A DNA stretch of 59,159 nt, filler included, from Sphacelaria rigidula (Eukaryota), in the NCBI GenBank assembly GCA_964200075.2. It is 7 parts of 7 records of this genome, joined end to end, with 100 filler letters (N's around TTAATTAATTAA, not from the genome) between each part and the next. Parts side by side here need not be neighbours in the genome. Positions count along the whole stretch, not along the records: positions 8,468 to 16,834 come from CAXNAA020011373.1; positions 16,935 to 25,299 come from CAXNAA020011374.1; positions 25,400 to 33,764 come from CAXNAA020011375.1; 4 more parts are not named here. One strand, 5' to 3'. Numbering within the stretch: the first letter of the stretch is position 1; the number at the start of each line of letters is the position of its first letter. The notes beneath the pieces are model-generated. The model worked only from the letters and a program-made list of their open reading frames with translations, did not search any database and was not told the DNA's origin. The translations under genes were made by a program, and so were the position numbers. Below are positions 13,793 to 25,590 of this stretch, in pieces.

Positions 13793-15102
13793 CACCCCCC
13801 CACCCCCACACCCCGCCCCCCCCCCCCATCCACCCGCCCCGCGCGCAAGNNNNNNNNNNCCCGGGCCGCAAAGGGAGTGGGGGCGAGAGTTGTAACCCAA
13901 TTGTTGCGGGATTCCAAAAATCTCTTCGAGCGCCCCCCCCCCCCCCCCCCCTCCCCAATTTGAGCGCACATGAAAAAATTGGGTGATTTGCCTTTCTACA
14001 CCCGAACAAGCCACTTTCGTTGTCCGTACGGCAACGTTTCTTTGCGTCAAAAGACGTCCAGGCGGGTAGTGCCACACATCGGACTGACTTCCACGCTGAC
14101 CACGAGGATTTCGGCGCCATGACGCGATTCGTATTGGTATGTACTCAGCTTATTTTTGGAGCACTACGTTTTTTCCTTCCGGGCCCAGACCCAAACTGAT
14201 TGCACCAAAAAAATCGGGAAATGTGCCGGAAGCCTTTCGTACGGTAGCATAAATCATTCCGACGTGACACAGCCCACCTGATCGTCTTCCCGAACAGCCG
14301 AAATCCATGAGATCCCTCATAAACGGTCCACAGTTGTTGTTGCCGTCACATGCGGTGAGTGCCCACCGTTTGTCTGAGGTGACGATTATGCTTTTTTTTT
14401 GCCGAGTTTGGATGACGACTTTTTCTCACCAAGTGCTATCACAATCGCAGGCAAGAGAGTCGACCCCCATGCAGTTTGATGCCATTGACCGATGGTTCGT
14501 CCTAAACTTGGTTTTAATATAGATAATCTATTCGCATCTTCAAAGGGTTCGTGGTCCCAAAAGTCGCCTAGCGTACGCGCAGCGTGCACATCACACATTT
14601 ATAGAAAACGGGATGCACCCCTCCTTGCCCCAGGGTTCTCTATCTCCCTTGGGTTAAGTTTAGGGTTAGGCTTGGGGTTAGCGTTATTGCGTAACGATAG
14701 CAAAATCTGTTTCAACTGTTGTTTGATGACGCCAGAACTGGCGCGAACCTCCCTCATGCAATGGACACGTTTTACGGATTCTGCCGCCGCAGAGATCTAA
14801 ATTTCGCGTGGCTATGTTTTGTTTAGGCAAATATAGCTCTCGATCGTACCGCGTTCGCTGTCATGTTCCTCCCCCTCACCCCGTGTAACCGTCTCGACCC
14901 TTTTTCAACTACTCCGCGTCACAGGAGCGAGCTTGTGCAGAGACTATCGGCTGACGTGCAAGATGCCCCCAGCACGGAGTGCAAACCGAGCGAGCTCGAT
15001 GAGAGACTTCATTCGTTGCTCATGTTGTGTTGTCTCTCTTCCTGCTGTTTTTGACATCCTTGATGCGGGTGCAGGACTGAGTTCTAGATATTGCGTATAT
15101 TT

Positions 15103-15332
15103 CACACCCTGGACACTCTATGGTCGATAGATGCGATAAACAAAAATGTACTGGGTGAAGTACAAGGCTATAGCAACTGATGTCGGTATAGACAAAAATA
15201 TACTGGGTGAAGTATAGGCTTATTGCAGGTATTATCAGTCGACTAAAGTTGCAGTATCCTTCTACTTTACCCAGTACATTTTGCTTTGTATTTTGCATCT
15301 TTTGACCATGTAGTGTTTTTGTCCAGGGTGTG
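15103..15332. mobile_element. MITE, TIR CACACCCTGGACA
   Basis: Perfect 13-bp TIR with internal direct and inverted aaaat.tactgggt.aagta repeats. The same terminus occurs at about 51468-51478 and 52130-52142. Confidence 0.75.
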
Positions 15333-16774
15333 GTTAATTTCCACCTACTGAAGTCGCGCTGTGCCCTTTGGTTGAGTCCTTCGTCTACTACTACTCGTAG
15401 TGTAATGATCCGCCCCTCGTCTCCACGTTCTCGGCTACAGGGAAGCGCAAAGAGTTGGGGTTAGCGGTGGTTGTAGGGATCGGGTGTGTGCGTATTGCTG
15501 CTTCCTTTCCCGAGTACACGGGCGTGATGGAAGATGCTGGGTGTGCGAATTGTAAAGCGGAGCATGTTAAACCGTTCGACCGCCAGGATAGGGGTCATGT
15601 GGGTCATCACGCAGTCATATTTCGAGTGACAATGACTCCGATTCGGCGGATGACCCTATCCGGGGCTTTCCGTTTAAAGAATTACTAGACGGCAGAGAGT
15701 GATGTCCCCTCTGGTCAATATGCGACAGGAGCTAAGTTGATCAAAAGTTGGAGGTTCGAGTCAGTATAAAAACAGCCAAATGTATCGGCGTAGGATCAAC
15801 TCAACTCGAAGATGAAAAAGGAAAAAAAACTCTGCGGGGATGGGGTGGGGTTTGATGGTAGGGCTTGTGCCGCAGCCTTCCCAATCGCCTGACTTGAACT
15901 TGAGCTTTTTGCATACCTCACATCGAGGTCATGGGGAAGGGATGCCAGTTCGGTAGACGACTCGGTGGAGACTATCTCCGAGCAGTTTATATACGGAGAG
16001 TACGACGGAAACACGTTATAGGCAGCGATTGGCAGTGAAGGCTCCTCGAAGTTTACAGCCGAGCACTCATCGCTCCGTGGGTTGGTTGATGACTTCTTGG
16101 TCGTGGATAATCTTTGAGCCGGGCACAAGTTTCCAAGGGTCGGACGAAATAATGATTCGTCTGGAAATGACTTGGGTTAGTGGGATTAATTCGTACCGTA
16201 TACAAATCAATCCTTAGGCTTTGTTTTAAGTGGTGAAACCCATGCAGGTACGCGCAGCCCAGGCACGTGGAGTGGCGCAAAAATTGCGCGGAGACGTTTT
16301 TAACCAGCGGTCAAGTTTTTTCTCTCTTTCGAGCAACCGGGCGTGAAAAAATCGTGGATTTGGTGATTCGTACCAGCGATGATTCGTCCGACCCGTGCAA
16401 GTTTCACGTGGCCATCAATTTTGATCCGAGGGGCGCAGCGAAAATGAAGATCTCACAGAGGAACGTCTTCGGTTCGTGCACAACTGTCACCTGATGATGA
16501 CCATATCTCGACTGGACGGCGAAATGACGTGGAAATCTCACATGGACCATTCAACAATGGTTTCGTAAGATTGAGAGTAGAGGATACTATTGAGGGGGGA
16601 AAGCGCGGTCAATTAGTGAATGAATCATTTCAGCTCCGTAATGCCCCTCCACGCGGCCCAATATTCGACACGTCGGACAAGCGCGAGACTCGATTGTGAC
16701 TCGTGGCACTTGCTGCATTCGTTGGGCTACTCATTGGTCGTTGTGGAAAAAAATGATAGGGCGATCACTCGACG

Positions 16775-16834
16775 AGTGATGCTACGGTAGGGGTACACAA
16801 ATATTTTCTGAGATTAGAATTGTTAGGAGCCCCT
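16775..16834 (+). mobile_element. End of a second copy of the 19396-19650 MITE family, cut by the contig end
   Basis: gagtgatgctacggtaggggtacac...gttaggagcccct is shared with 19396-19600. Confidence 0.7.
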
Positions 16835-17000
16835 NNNNNNNNNNNNNNNNNNNNNNNNNNNNNNNNNNNNNNNNNNNNTTAATTAATTAANNNNNNNNNN
16901 NNNNNNNNNNNNNNNNNNNNNNNNNNNNNNNNNNCCGGCTTTGTAGGGATGCGAGGTCAATGGTCTGATGACTATGGCATGCATGATCATGAGTACACCC

Positions 17001-17513
17001 TGTGAAACGGTGACTGCGGTTGTCGGTGCTACTCGTATGCCCTACTCCCCTCTATCCCGTTTGGAGGGTGGGTGGGGTGGGGAGGGGATGAAGCAGTGAT
17101 ATGGTGTGGATATATATGAGAGTGTGAGTTTGTGTGTTGGGATGACAGGTGATTGATGATATCGCACAGGGCACCGACCACGGCAAGGGTAAGAGCAGGC
17201 GAAAATGTGTGTTTTTTTTACGTTGCATGGTACATCTTTTTTTAGGTTGTGTTTATTTCTTTCGTGAGGCATGTTTTGTTTGCAATTGTGATTTTTTTCT
17301 AGCTCAATGTTTCTTTTTACTGTTGGACGTGTCGTGTGCTTGATATCTCCCTCGTGGTCTTGAGAAGACACAGTAAATACTGGCCGGTTGTTCTGGGCAA
17401 CAGTAAGATCGCGAGGAAGGAGATACACCTTGTTGTATTTCTTCTGTAGGATATGAAGAAGTATGGATTCAACGCACGAAGGCGAGCGTCAGTAGTGGCA
17501 ATCAACCGCGACA
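17001..17513. mobile_element. Possible solo LTR
   Basis: TG...CA ends with weak terminal complementarity (tgtgaaacggt / accgcgaca); no TSD seen. Confidence 0.25.
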
Positions 17514-19395
17514 AAAGACATGGGAGAGGGGGATAATTCGATAGTGAGCAGAAAACGGTAGTTTACATTCGTTCGTTCATTCATACATACGCACGCACGT
17601 AAATACATAATGCATACATGCATACCAACATACAAACATATATACATACATACAAACATACACTGTGCGTAGCACCGGACACTCAGTGCATAAAAACGAC
17701 TTACTGCGATATATTATAACACACACACCTTGTCCCGTTTCCCTTTTCCCACCACGCCTTAGCGTCTCTCGCGTCTTGACCACCATGGGTGGCCACCACT
17801 GAGCGATATCTACCTCTGAAGTCTGGTCGTGGGTGCCCCGGTGATTAGGCAGTAGGTAGCGCACGCCTCTCTCTACCTGCCTCTCTGTCTGCCTCCCTGT
17901 CTGTATCTCTGACGGTATCTCTGCCTCTGTCGGTAACCGGGATTTGAGTCTCGGCACCAAGAAAGGTAGTCTCGTCGAGGCAAGGGAACGATTGAGAGCA
18001 CCGTTTTGCAGCTTCAGGTTATCAATTATTTCTCTGTTGTTACACCGATGAATTTACTTTCTATTTTAGGGTGGTGATGAAAACCTGGCAGCCATCTTCT
18101 TTCCGGGTTTACAATTTTTTCTGTTCATGGGGGTGCTTGCATTCATTTTTTTCGGCAGCTATAACGAACCACCCATAAGGGAGGAGGAAGAGGGGGGGGG
18201 AGGGGGTACGTAGGTTGTTCGGCGGAATAAGAGGATCCATGGGTGTGGTGTGATGTACAACGGCACACGAGTGTACGTTCATTTTTTTCAGGGAAATGGC
18301 GTCTTCAACCTCGCTATCGACATGTCGCTGATCGTCGACTGGATTTACGCCATGCTAAAGTGCTCTGTACTTTATCAAGTAAGGTCTCAAGAGTGACCCT
18401 TTGGGGGCAAAACATTGGCCGAATATTCTCGCGCCCCTCCCCTACGGTGGAATGGGTCTGGCCTGTCCTTACGTTGGCTTGACCAGCTCTCCGGATAGTA
18501 AGCGCGGTGGAGATTAGAGTTGAGGCTGAGAAGTTAGTGGCACAGGAGTGAGGGTGCTTGAGGCCAACGGGAAAGGTGCGAAGGGTGGGGGAGGCGGTAA
18601 GCAGTCCCTATGGGTGGTCAATATTTGTGGAGTTCAAGACGAGCCCAGAGAACGAGGAGGGATGTCTTTATCGAACACGAGATACTGCGGGCATGAATGT
18701 GCAAGGATAACATACAACACGCCTCCTTACTCCCCATAAAGGTTAGTTTTTCTCTCGTTATCGTGTGGTGGTGTGGTGTTTGGTTTATTCTTCTGCTTGT
18801 TGGTTCCTGGTGTGGTAAATGAAAACACTAGTTGGTCTGCTCGGACGAGGAAGCTTCGTAATATCTTGAGAAAAGAAACCCGTAACGGCTCTTGGACTCC
18901 ATGGACAGGGTGGGAGGCAGGCGAGGGTGTACAGAAGGTTGTACACGGTTGACGTAAGATCAGAAAATGAGACTGGGAGCTGGTTGTCGTTAGTTTGGTT
19001 CCGTTTGGTAGTGCATAGTAGGGTGGCCATTTGTGAGAGAGCACCGTCCGTCGCCGTACTAGCTGTGACCGTGTTTGTTGCTTGTGTGCCTTGTGATGTT
19101 GAGGGATGGAATGAGCGCTTGTGAAGCTGGCGTGGAAAGGACGTAATCCAAATGCGAATGAAGGCATGACCTTCGTCCGACCCAACAACGATAGATAGTC
19201 GGACTTCATCCCGGATGCTACAGGCTTACTTGTGGTGTGAAATATGGCCGACCACAATCACTCATCATGGACGATCATCACAGCAACGATCATTCACGAT
19301 GATCAGTATCGCCATCGATGCCGTGTGTTGTTGTTATGTTGAGGGTTGCCACACTCCATACATCTTTTTTTCCACGCTCTGCATACACTCCTACT

Positions 19396-19649
19396 GGGTG
19401 ATGCTACGGTAGGGGTGTACAATTTTTTTCTGAGGTTGAAATTGTTGAAAGCCCTTTTCTCATACAAAACACCACTTACGAAATATGTGTGAGTACTCCA
19501 GGATCACTATTTCAATGTGGTGGAGATATCCCGAATGAATTTGCAAACGGGATGCCCTGACCCATATTTTTGTGCAATCTAGAATCGTTAGGAGCCCCTG
19601 AACCAGACAAGATTTCGCGTAAAAAGTGCACCCTTACCGTAGCATTGCT

Positions 19650-19650
<1 letters not shown>
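19396..19650. mobile_element. MITE with GRG...CYC ends and 4-bp TSD (Sola2-like)
   Basis: Imperfect 25-bp TIR gggtgatgctacggtaggggtgtac / gtgcacccttaccgtagcattgctc, flanked by TACT on both sides. Confidence 0.7.

Positions 19651-19705
<55 letters not shown>
19651..19705. repeat. (TAC)n microsatellite
   Basis: Directly visible. Confidence 0.95.
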
Positions 19706-19706
<1 letters not shown>

Positions 19707-20199
19707 CTTCTTCTTCTTCGAAAAGAAGCCGCGTCTGTGCCACCATCCTTGATGGCTCAAAGTGTAGCTGTGTTGGTAGTTGGTACAGGTGTTTGTTGTA
19801 ATTTGAGCAGACATACTTATATATATATATATACATGCAGACCAAGTGCTTGTTCATTTACAGTACATTCACCTGTTGAGGCAAGAGTGGAAGACAACGT
19901 ATTTCTTTAACTCTTTCATATATTAAGGTGATCCAGGGTTTTCCAAGCGGCGCTGGCCAACCTTCTTTTCCCCAGGGTACAAATCCCGACCCATGAATGC
20001 CTGTGTGTACTCGATTGGTTACAAACTCGGCTCAAACGAGGAGTGTCTTTCTTGACATGATGCAAAATTCGGGCGAAACAAAAAGAGTGTGCATATAGAT
20101 ACACCTGTACATATACATACATATATACCCCAAAAATCGAACAGTCACTCACACTATGTCTGACTCGGTCGGGACTGAACGCCCGAAGACAATTGAGGA

Positions 20200-21100
20200 G
20201 GTTCTAGCGAAGGAACTCAAACCCTGAAGGACAACTTGTATCACTTCCTGACCCGCAGGTGGTTGTTTTTTTCCCGAAGAGGATCGGCTTAGCAGTGACA
20301 AATGGTGGGACTCAATCATAGACATGGACCTTAGAGTTCATAGTCATAACTCAAAACCTGAGCGTCATCTATAATTGACTGACAAGAAGATGTCCATCGA
20401 TCATCACAAACCCTGCACAGCCTCCATGCGCTGCTGAGCGCAAACACTGAAAGGGTCATCCTCGATCCACAATGATGCCGACAACGACCACTACCGTGGT
20501 TAAAGCATCGTGCGTCAGACCACGAGTGTCTTCAACCCCAACAATTGGGTATAACTTCTGCCCAGTAGGAAGCCGTTGAAAAATCCATATCAGTTATACA
20601 AATATGTAGTCACCTGGCAGTGTTGTTCTCCCACCCGACTGTCATAGCCAATATATCTATGCCATGGACAATGCCCAAGGATAATATAATTCATGGCGCC
20701 ACGAACATATCACACGAAACGATCTTCTCGCCGGATTGAGTGTCAAACGTTTGATTGAGAGTACGCTTTTCATGGAAAGATAATATTTTATGTATTTCAT
20801 GAATGTATGAAAAAGTTAACACGTCTGCATGTCACGTGTGAATGATGCCGATGCAACAGATCACCCACCCTAGCGGTCGAAGTGTTAGATACGAGTGACG
20901 TTGCTGAGCACTTTTAAATTTGTAGTCGTTAGCTATACGAGTACTATTATGGAAGATACGTTTTGTTAAATAAACATTGAAAGAAATGGAATGTCGGCAT
21001 CAACCATCGGAATATTTCTCTCATTGATGCGCACTTGTACATTGGGGAGGCCCCGATTACCCGTCGGACATAATGACATACATTTCGAAAATGTTCTTTC
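20200..21100 (-). pseudogene. Decayed piggyBac-like transposase relic
   Basis: Minus-strand fragments in piggyBac order and roughly correct spacing: GEKIVSCD (20732-20709), HICITDMDFST (about 20606-20573), W..D..VFALSS (about 20468-20428) and RK*YK (20249-20235). Confidence 0.45.
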
Positions 21101-21380
21101 GATCAATACGTGTTGACACGCCGCGATTCCAAAGAATGATATGCTAGTGCTCGTCTGCTTTCGGGTCCTCTATCCAACGACTAAATCTTCGGAATGTTGA
21201 CCTTCTGACCGCCATGGTTCATAATCGCGGTCACGTAGTAACGTTTCAAGTGAAAATAAAGTCAACTCCACAAATGGGCAAGTCCGTCGCTACACGTCCG
21301 TTTGTGGGGTCGGCATAATTTTCACTTAGTTTTTAAGTGGACATGGGCTGAATAGCTTGCATTCAATCGAACGCTGAACA

Positions 21381-21947
21381 TTGTGACGGTTTAAGAGACA
21401 ACCAACTAGACTACTGACCAGTCAGCGCAAACTAGACTACTGACCAGTCAGCGCAAACTAGACTACTGACCAGTCAGCGCCGTGGCGTCAGCGTCGTCGC
21501 CACGGCGCTGACTGGTCAGTAGTCTAGTTGGTTGTCTCTTAAACCGCCACAAAAGTTAGTCGTGGGGTTCTACTCCCGTCACTTTCACTCCGAGGAGGGT
21601 GACTCCTCTTGCCAGCGCGCTATCGACTGCCATCACGTTCTCTAATGTTCTCACTCTCACCGTACCCTAGAGTTACTCGTCTCCCCCACTCATTTCCAGC
21701 GTGTGTGCACTAGGGTTCCTAGCAGTACACTCCAAACATAGCCACCCGGCTATAACCCATCCTTTTTTCTTTGGGCCAGTTATTTACAGAGGTTTTTTCT
21801 CCTCGTTTTTCTTCAAAGAAATGGCGTCCGACGGGAATCGAACCAGCGACTGACTTTTGTGACGGTTTCCGAGACAACCAACTAGACTACTGACCAGTCA
21901 GCGCTGACTGACCAGTGGTCTAGTTGGTTGACTCGGAAACCGTCACA
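21381..21947. mobile_element. tRNA-derived SINE (minus strand, 21904 to about 21581) plus a second head on the plus strand (21504-21580), each head with an inverted duplicate
   Basis: Head gcgctgactggtcagtagtctagttgg...gctggttcgattccc has A and B boxes. Hairpins at 21381-21552 and 21858-21947, and three copies of a 26-bp tandem unit at 21404-21480. Confidence 0.8.
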
Positions 21948-23885
21948 TTCAATGTAGCGAAAAGGTTGTTACGAACATAATGGTACCATATTATGTTGGA
22001 CAGTAGCACGTAATATACTGCTGCGTTAGTAATAGGTTCCGATTGCAAAGACTGCCCTGTTGCATGTGTTAGTACCGATCAAAGTCAATAGCATGTTCTG
22101 ATGAAATGGAAGTGATAGACACACAACTAATAAAAAAGACTGTTCAATGATAGTTTTTGCCTATGATCGAAACCTTGGATGCTGCTTAACGAGTCAAAGC
22201 ATCTCTGTACGCACGCTTATCTTACCAGTTTTATATAAGTTTGAATAGGAGCTATCGAAGTCAAACAAATAAATAAAGTACAGCAACTGAGATCAGTGAC
22301 TCGCTGTCTCTCTCGATGCGGACCAGTTCACCCGGGGTCAGCTAGAAGCTCGATGCGAGGCGATGCCCGAAAGACTGTGTTGATGTTTTTGAATTAGCTT
22401 CTAAGTTACGATGTCAAGGAGACGAAGGGCGAGAACATTGTGCCGGCTGTGCGCACCCATAAACCGACAACGAATTCATAAAAGAAGCAATGCCACGATA
22501 GGGGTGCCCTTTCCCCCCCTGAGGCTCTCTACTGTAGGAGCGTCTCGATGATGAATATTTTGGCATTACTCAAGGGCGTTATGTGATCATTTCTCAAACC
22601 CAACGTGTCAATACTCTAGGCTTCACTTCAACTATACTGTGGGCGTTACAATCGTTTCTAAATCGTAAATCTCTTGTACGTCAATCAAGCGCGTCACTAC
22701 TCTGGGTTTTACTCCAACTGTACTGTTGACGCTTAACCTTTTCTTCACGGCGATCTTTTGTACGTTACTCAAGCGTAACCCTCACCAGAATTTGTCAACA
22801 GCATACCCGAATTTGACTTTACACACATATATTCGCCTAGAAATAACTTCTCCTACTCGCCAGTCATATTATTTTCAACCCCGGAGTATGAAGGAAGGTC
22901 AGTTTATAATGCTGGTTTGCCATCTCATCACATTAGCCCACCCTGGCTGTAGTGTCTGCAGTTCCTTATCAACAGGAACGGCACCCCTACAAGGCATACC
23001 TCATTTTGCACCACGAAAGTTGTAGGCTAAATTAGGCTCCAGATGTAGACTGAGTTAGAGTCCACACGGCTATCGATGCGAGCACATTAAGGTATATCAA
23101 GTACGACCACGAAAATGCGCGAAGAAAAACTGAAGAGATAAACAGGTCTCAAATGTCGTCAGTCTTCATAGACGTGCCATCACAAATGACAGACATTCCA
23201 TCGAAACGATCGCCATAGACGTCCATTACTGTGTCATTCCGAGAATATGCCACTCCTTTGGAGATTTCACGTATGTTCAGCTTCGTTGGTAAGAATAACG
23301 AACAAGCACCCCGCCAAGGCATTTAAATCACGGAGCAGTCAATTTGTGCTAGTCATTCGACTCATCCATCAGCAAAAGGCAACGGCGTACAAGCAACTTG
23401 TTAGCGGGAAAAAACATCTTCCCGTGACTGCAATGCGTAAAAAAATACACACGACACCGAAAAACCAACTCCTTGTGGATGAATCAATCTCAGGTACATG
23501 TAGAGTGTCGTAGGCTGCAAGGTACGCCTGGCGGACGGTCAAGCCGTACAGGAGAATGTGTCACCTACCCGACGATCTACCGAACAGCCCGACCGTGAAC
23601 GAGTGGTCGGATGTCCGTAGACGCTGAAATACTATGACGACAAGGACAATATGGGGCCTACCTTGCATGCAACAAACGCCAGCCTCGACCCTGGATTTGC
23701 GGTTAAAACACTAGGCGATGAAGACAACATAGGGGCGGCACGCCGTACATACAACACACGGTAGCCTCCACGCGGGGAATGTACAGAGAATACTAGAGAC
23801 AGATTGAAGCAAGAGACAACACGAGGCGCCAGTCAAGCATAACAGGGGACGCCCAAAACGGAAAAAAACATAATCCGATTCAAGA

Positions 23886-25110
23886 TCATGATTCTTCTGT
23901 GTCCTACGCAATGTCCGGGTTGCGAAGGACAGCTTTCTTGATCTTGCCTTTGTCGTGTCATTGGAGACACCATGATCCTCAGCGCTCGGTCGGCACCTCA
24001 ATATAGTAGTCGTCATCTTCTAAACCGACTTTTGTGGGTCCCTGGTCATCTAGAAAACAAATAAAACAGGAGTTGTCCGATGCAGGATCCACCAAATGAA
24101 TATTGCCCAGCCAACACCGATAGTCCAACGCCTTGTACCAGAAGTACGCCCCCTGCGGCATTCGCCTCCTGCGAAAATAATTCATGTATTGCGAACACGG
24201 AACAAGGGTATATCTGCGATGACGAACGGCGTGGAGTGCTTCCGTCCCAGCTCCCGAGGCGCCGCTCCCTCTCGCATAGACCTATATATTTTGTTCCACG
24301 GACGGTGTTGCGCAGCAATTCCTACCCAATACAGCAGCGTTTCCTTACAAAGATGGCATACGTCAATTTCTCTTCCTCACGTAACTCGCATGATACCTAT
24401 CCAATACGTCTGGTACGTCACCGCTGTTTTACCTCCTCGGCCTCGGACCAATTGATGGCCCGAGATTCGATCCACAACCACATGTTCAAGGGGTCCTTCG
24501 GCATCCTCTACCGTCATATGATACGGCGGTGTTTTGATCACGAATTCGGTCAGCTCATACTGATCAAGTCCCCTTGTGAAAGTTGTTTGGACATGTCAGT
24601 CGTATCGTGTGGAGGCAGACACGGCTTGCACCTTAGCTTTGAGACGCGATTTTTCCGGTTTCTAGCCAGGTTTATCCGTGGGAAATTTCTATTACTAAAT
24701 TTTTGCTCCCACCGGACTTCTGTCGGGTGCGGTAGCGCTTGGCCCGACAGGACAACATTCCAAGGACCAGTCCAATGCAATGAGAGTTTCGATTTCAGCA
24801 CTTTGTCCAACGAGGATTTCTCCGAAATAGCTTCTTCATTGAAGGTCTTTGCGTCGCTGTACACCCACGTCCATTGGCCGACCTTCCACGCAGGACGGTT
24901 GGGCACAGCATCATCCAACACCGTGTGCGCCTTGGCTGCCTTCGCCACGTTGGTTTGGTATTGCCCTCGTACCTCTTCATATGCAAGGCGCAGACGATGG
25001 CTAACATACACTGTACTTGATACTCTACGCGATATCTCGATCCAAACTCTGGTGTTTGGTGGCATCTTCCGATCGAACACCCTTGATGGCAACCTGGGCA
25101 TACAACCAAT
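23886..25110 (-). pseudogene. pol: Ty3/Gypsy integrase C-terminal fragment, diverged paralog of 45095-46291
   Basis: RLRLAYEEVR, WKVGQWTWVY, LSLHWTGPW, LRCKPCLPPHD and GAYFWYKALD align with the contig-6 copy; frameshifted. Confidence 0.9.
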
Positions 25111-25399
25111 ACTTCCTGTGTCCCATAAGTAAAGTCCGTTGTGGGCTTTTCATCGTTTGTGCATTCAAACCCTTCCGATCATCCCATATTTGGGTTTGCA
25201 GGAAAAATGAAGCGCCAACGAAGCTGATGCAAAAATAATAAAAAAATAAAAAGTCAGTGGTCCATACTAAAATGAAGTCAAAATACGCCCATTTTGGCTN
25301 NNNNNNNNNNNNNNNNNNNNNNNNNNNNNNNNNNNNNNNNNNNTTAATTAATTAANNNNNNNNNNNNNNNNNNNNNNNNNNNNNNNNNNNNNNNNNNNN

Positions 25400-25590
25400 G
25401 CCTTTTATTTTTTTATCGCGAGAGGGGTTCAGCAGTCCCTTTCCCTCGTCGACCGTTAAGTCGAATTTTGTGTACCCACGACACAGTCGCTCTTCACTGG
25501 TGTGAGAAAAGATTCCAGATCGCTCCGAGAATCGAACCCCCCTACTCAACCATCAGAAGGTTACGAGGTTACCAACTGAGCCACCGGGGC
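25400..25590 (-). mobile_element. tRNA-derived SINE, family C, truncated by the contig start
   Basis: Minus strand reads cgccccggtggctcagttggt (A box)...ggttcgattctc (B box), then a non-tRNA body. Confidence 0.75.

Noticed and set aside
13721-14120. Gly/Pro-rich ORFs or a G-quadruplex
   Set aside because: Low-quality poly-C runs around a 10-N gap.
16935-17010. Hammerhead ribozyme in repeat A (CTGATGA motif; also 33898, 8795, 41501)
   Set aside because: The required stems I and II and a correctly placed GAAA could not be formed, and the motif is not conserved in other copies.
19570-19910. Poly-Y, poly-L and poly-V ORFs
   Set aside because: Translations of the (TAC)n microsatellite.
21404-21480. 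CRISPR-like 26-bp repeats
   Set aside because: Perfect head-to-tail copies without spacers, derived from a SINE head.
23250-23420. Pif1/Helitron helicase relic (LLMDES...LGG on the minus strand)
   Set aside because: The motif spacing is wrong and no Walker A motif was found.
24080-25132. 350-aa plus-strand ORF
   Set aside because: It is the antisense shadow of the minus-strand Gypsy integrase fragment.
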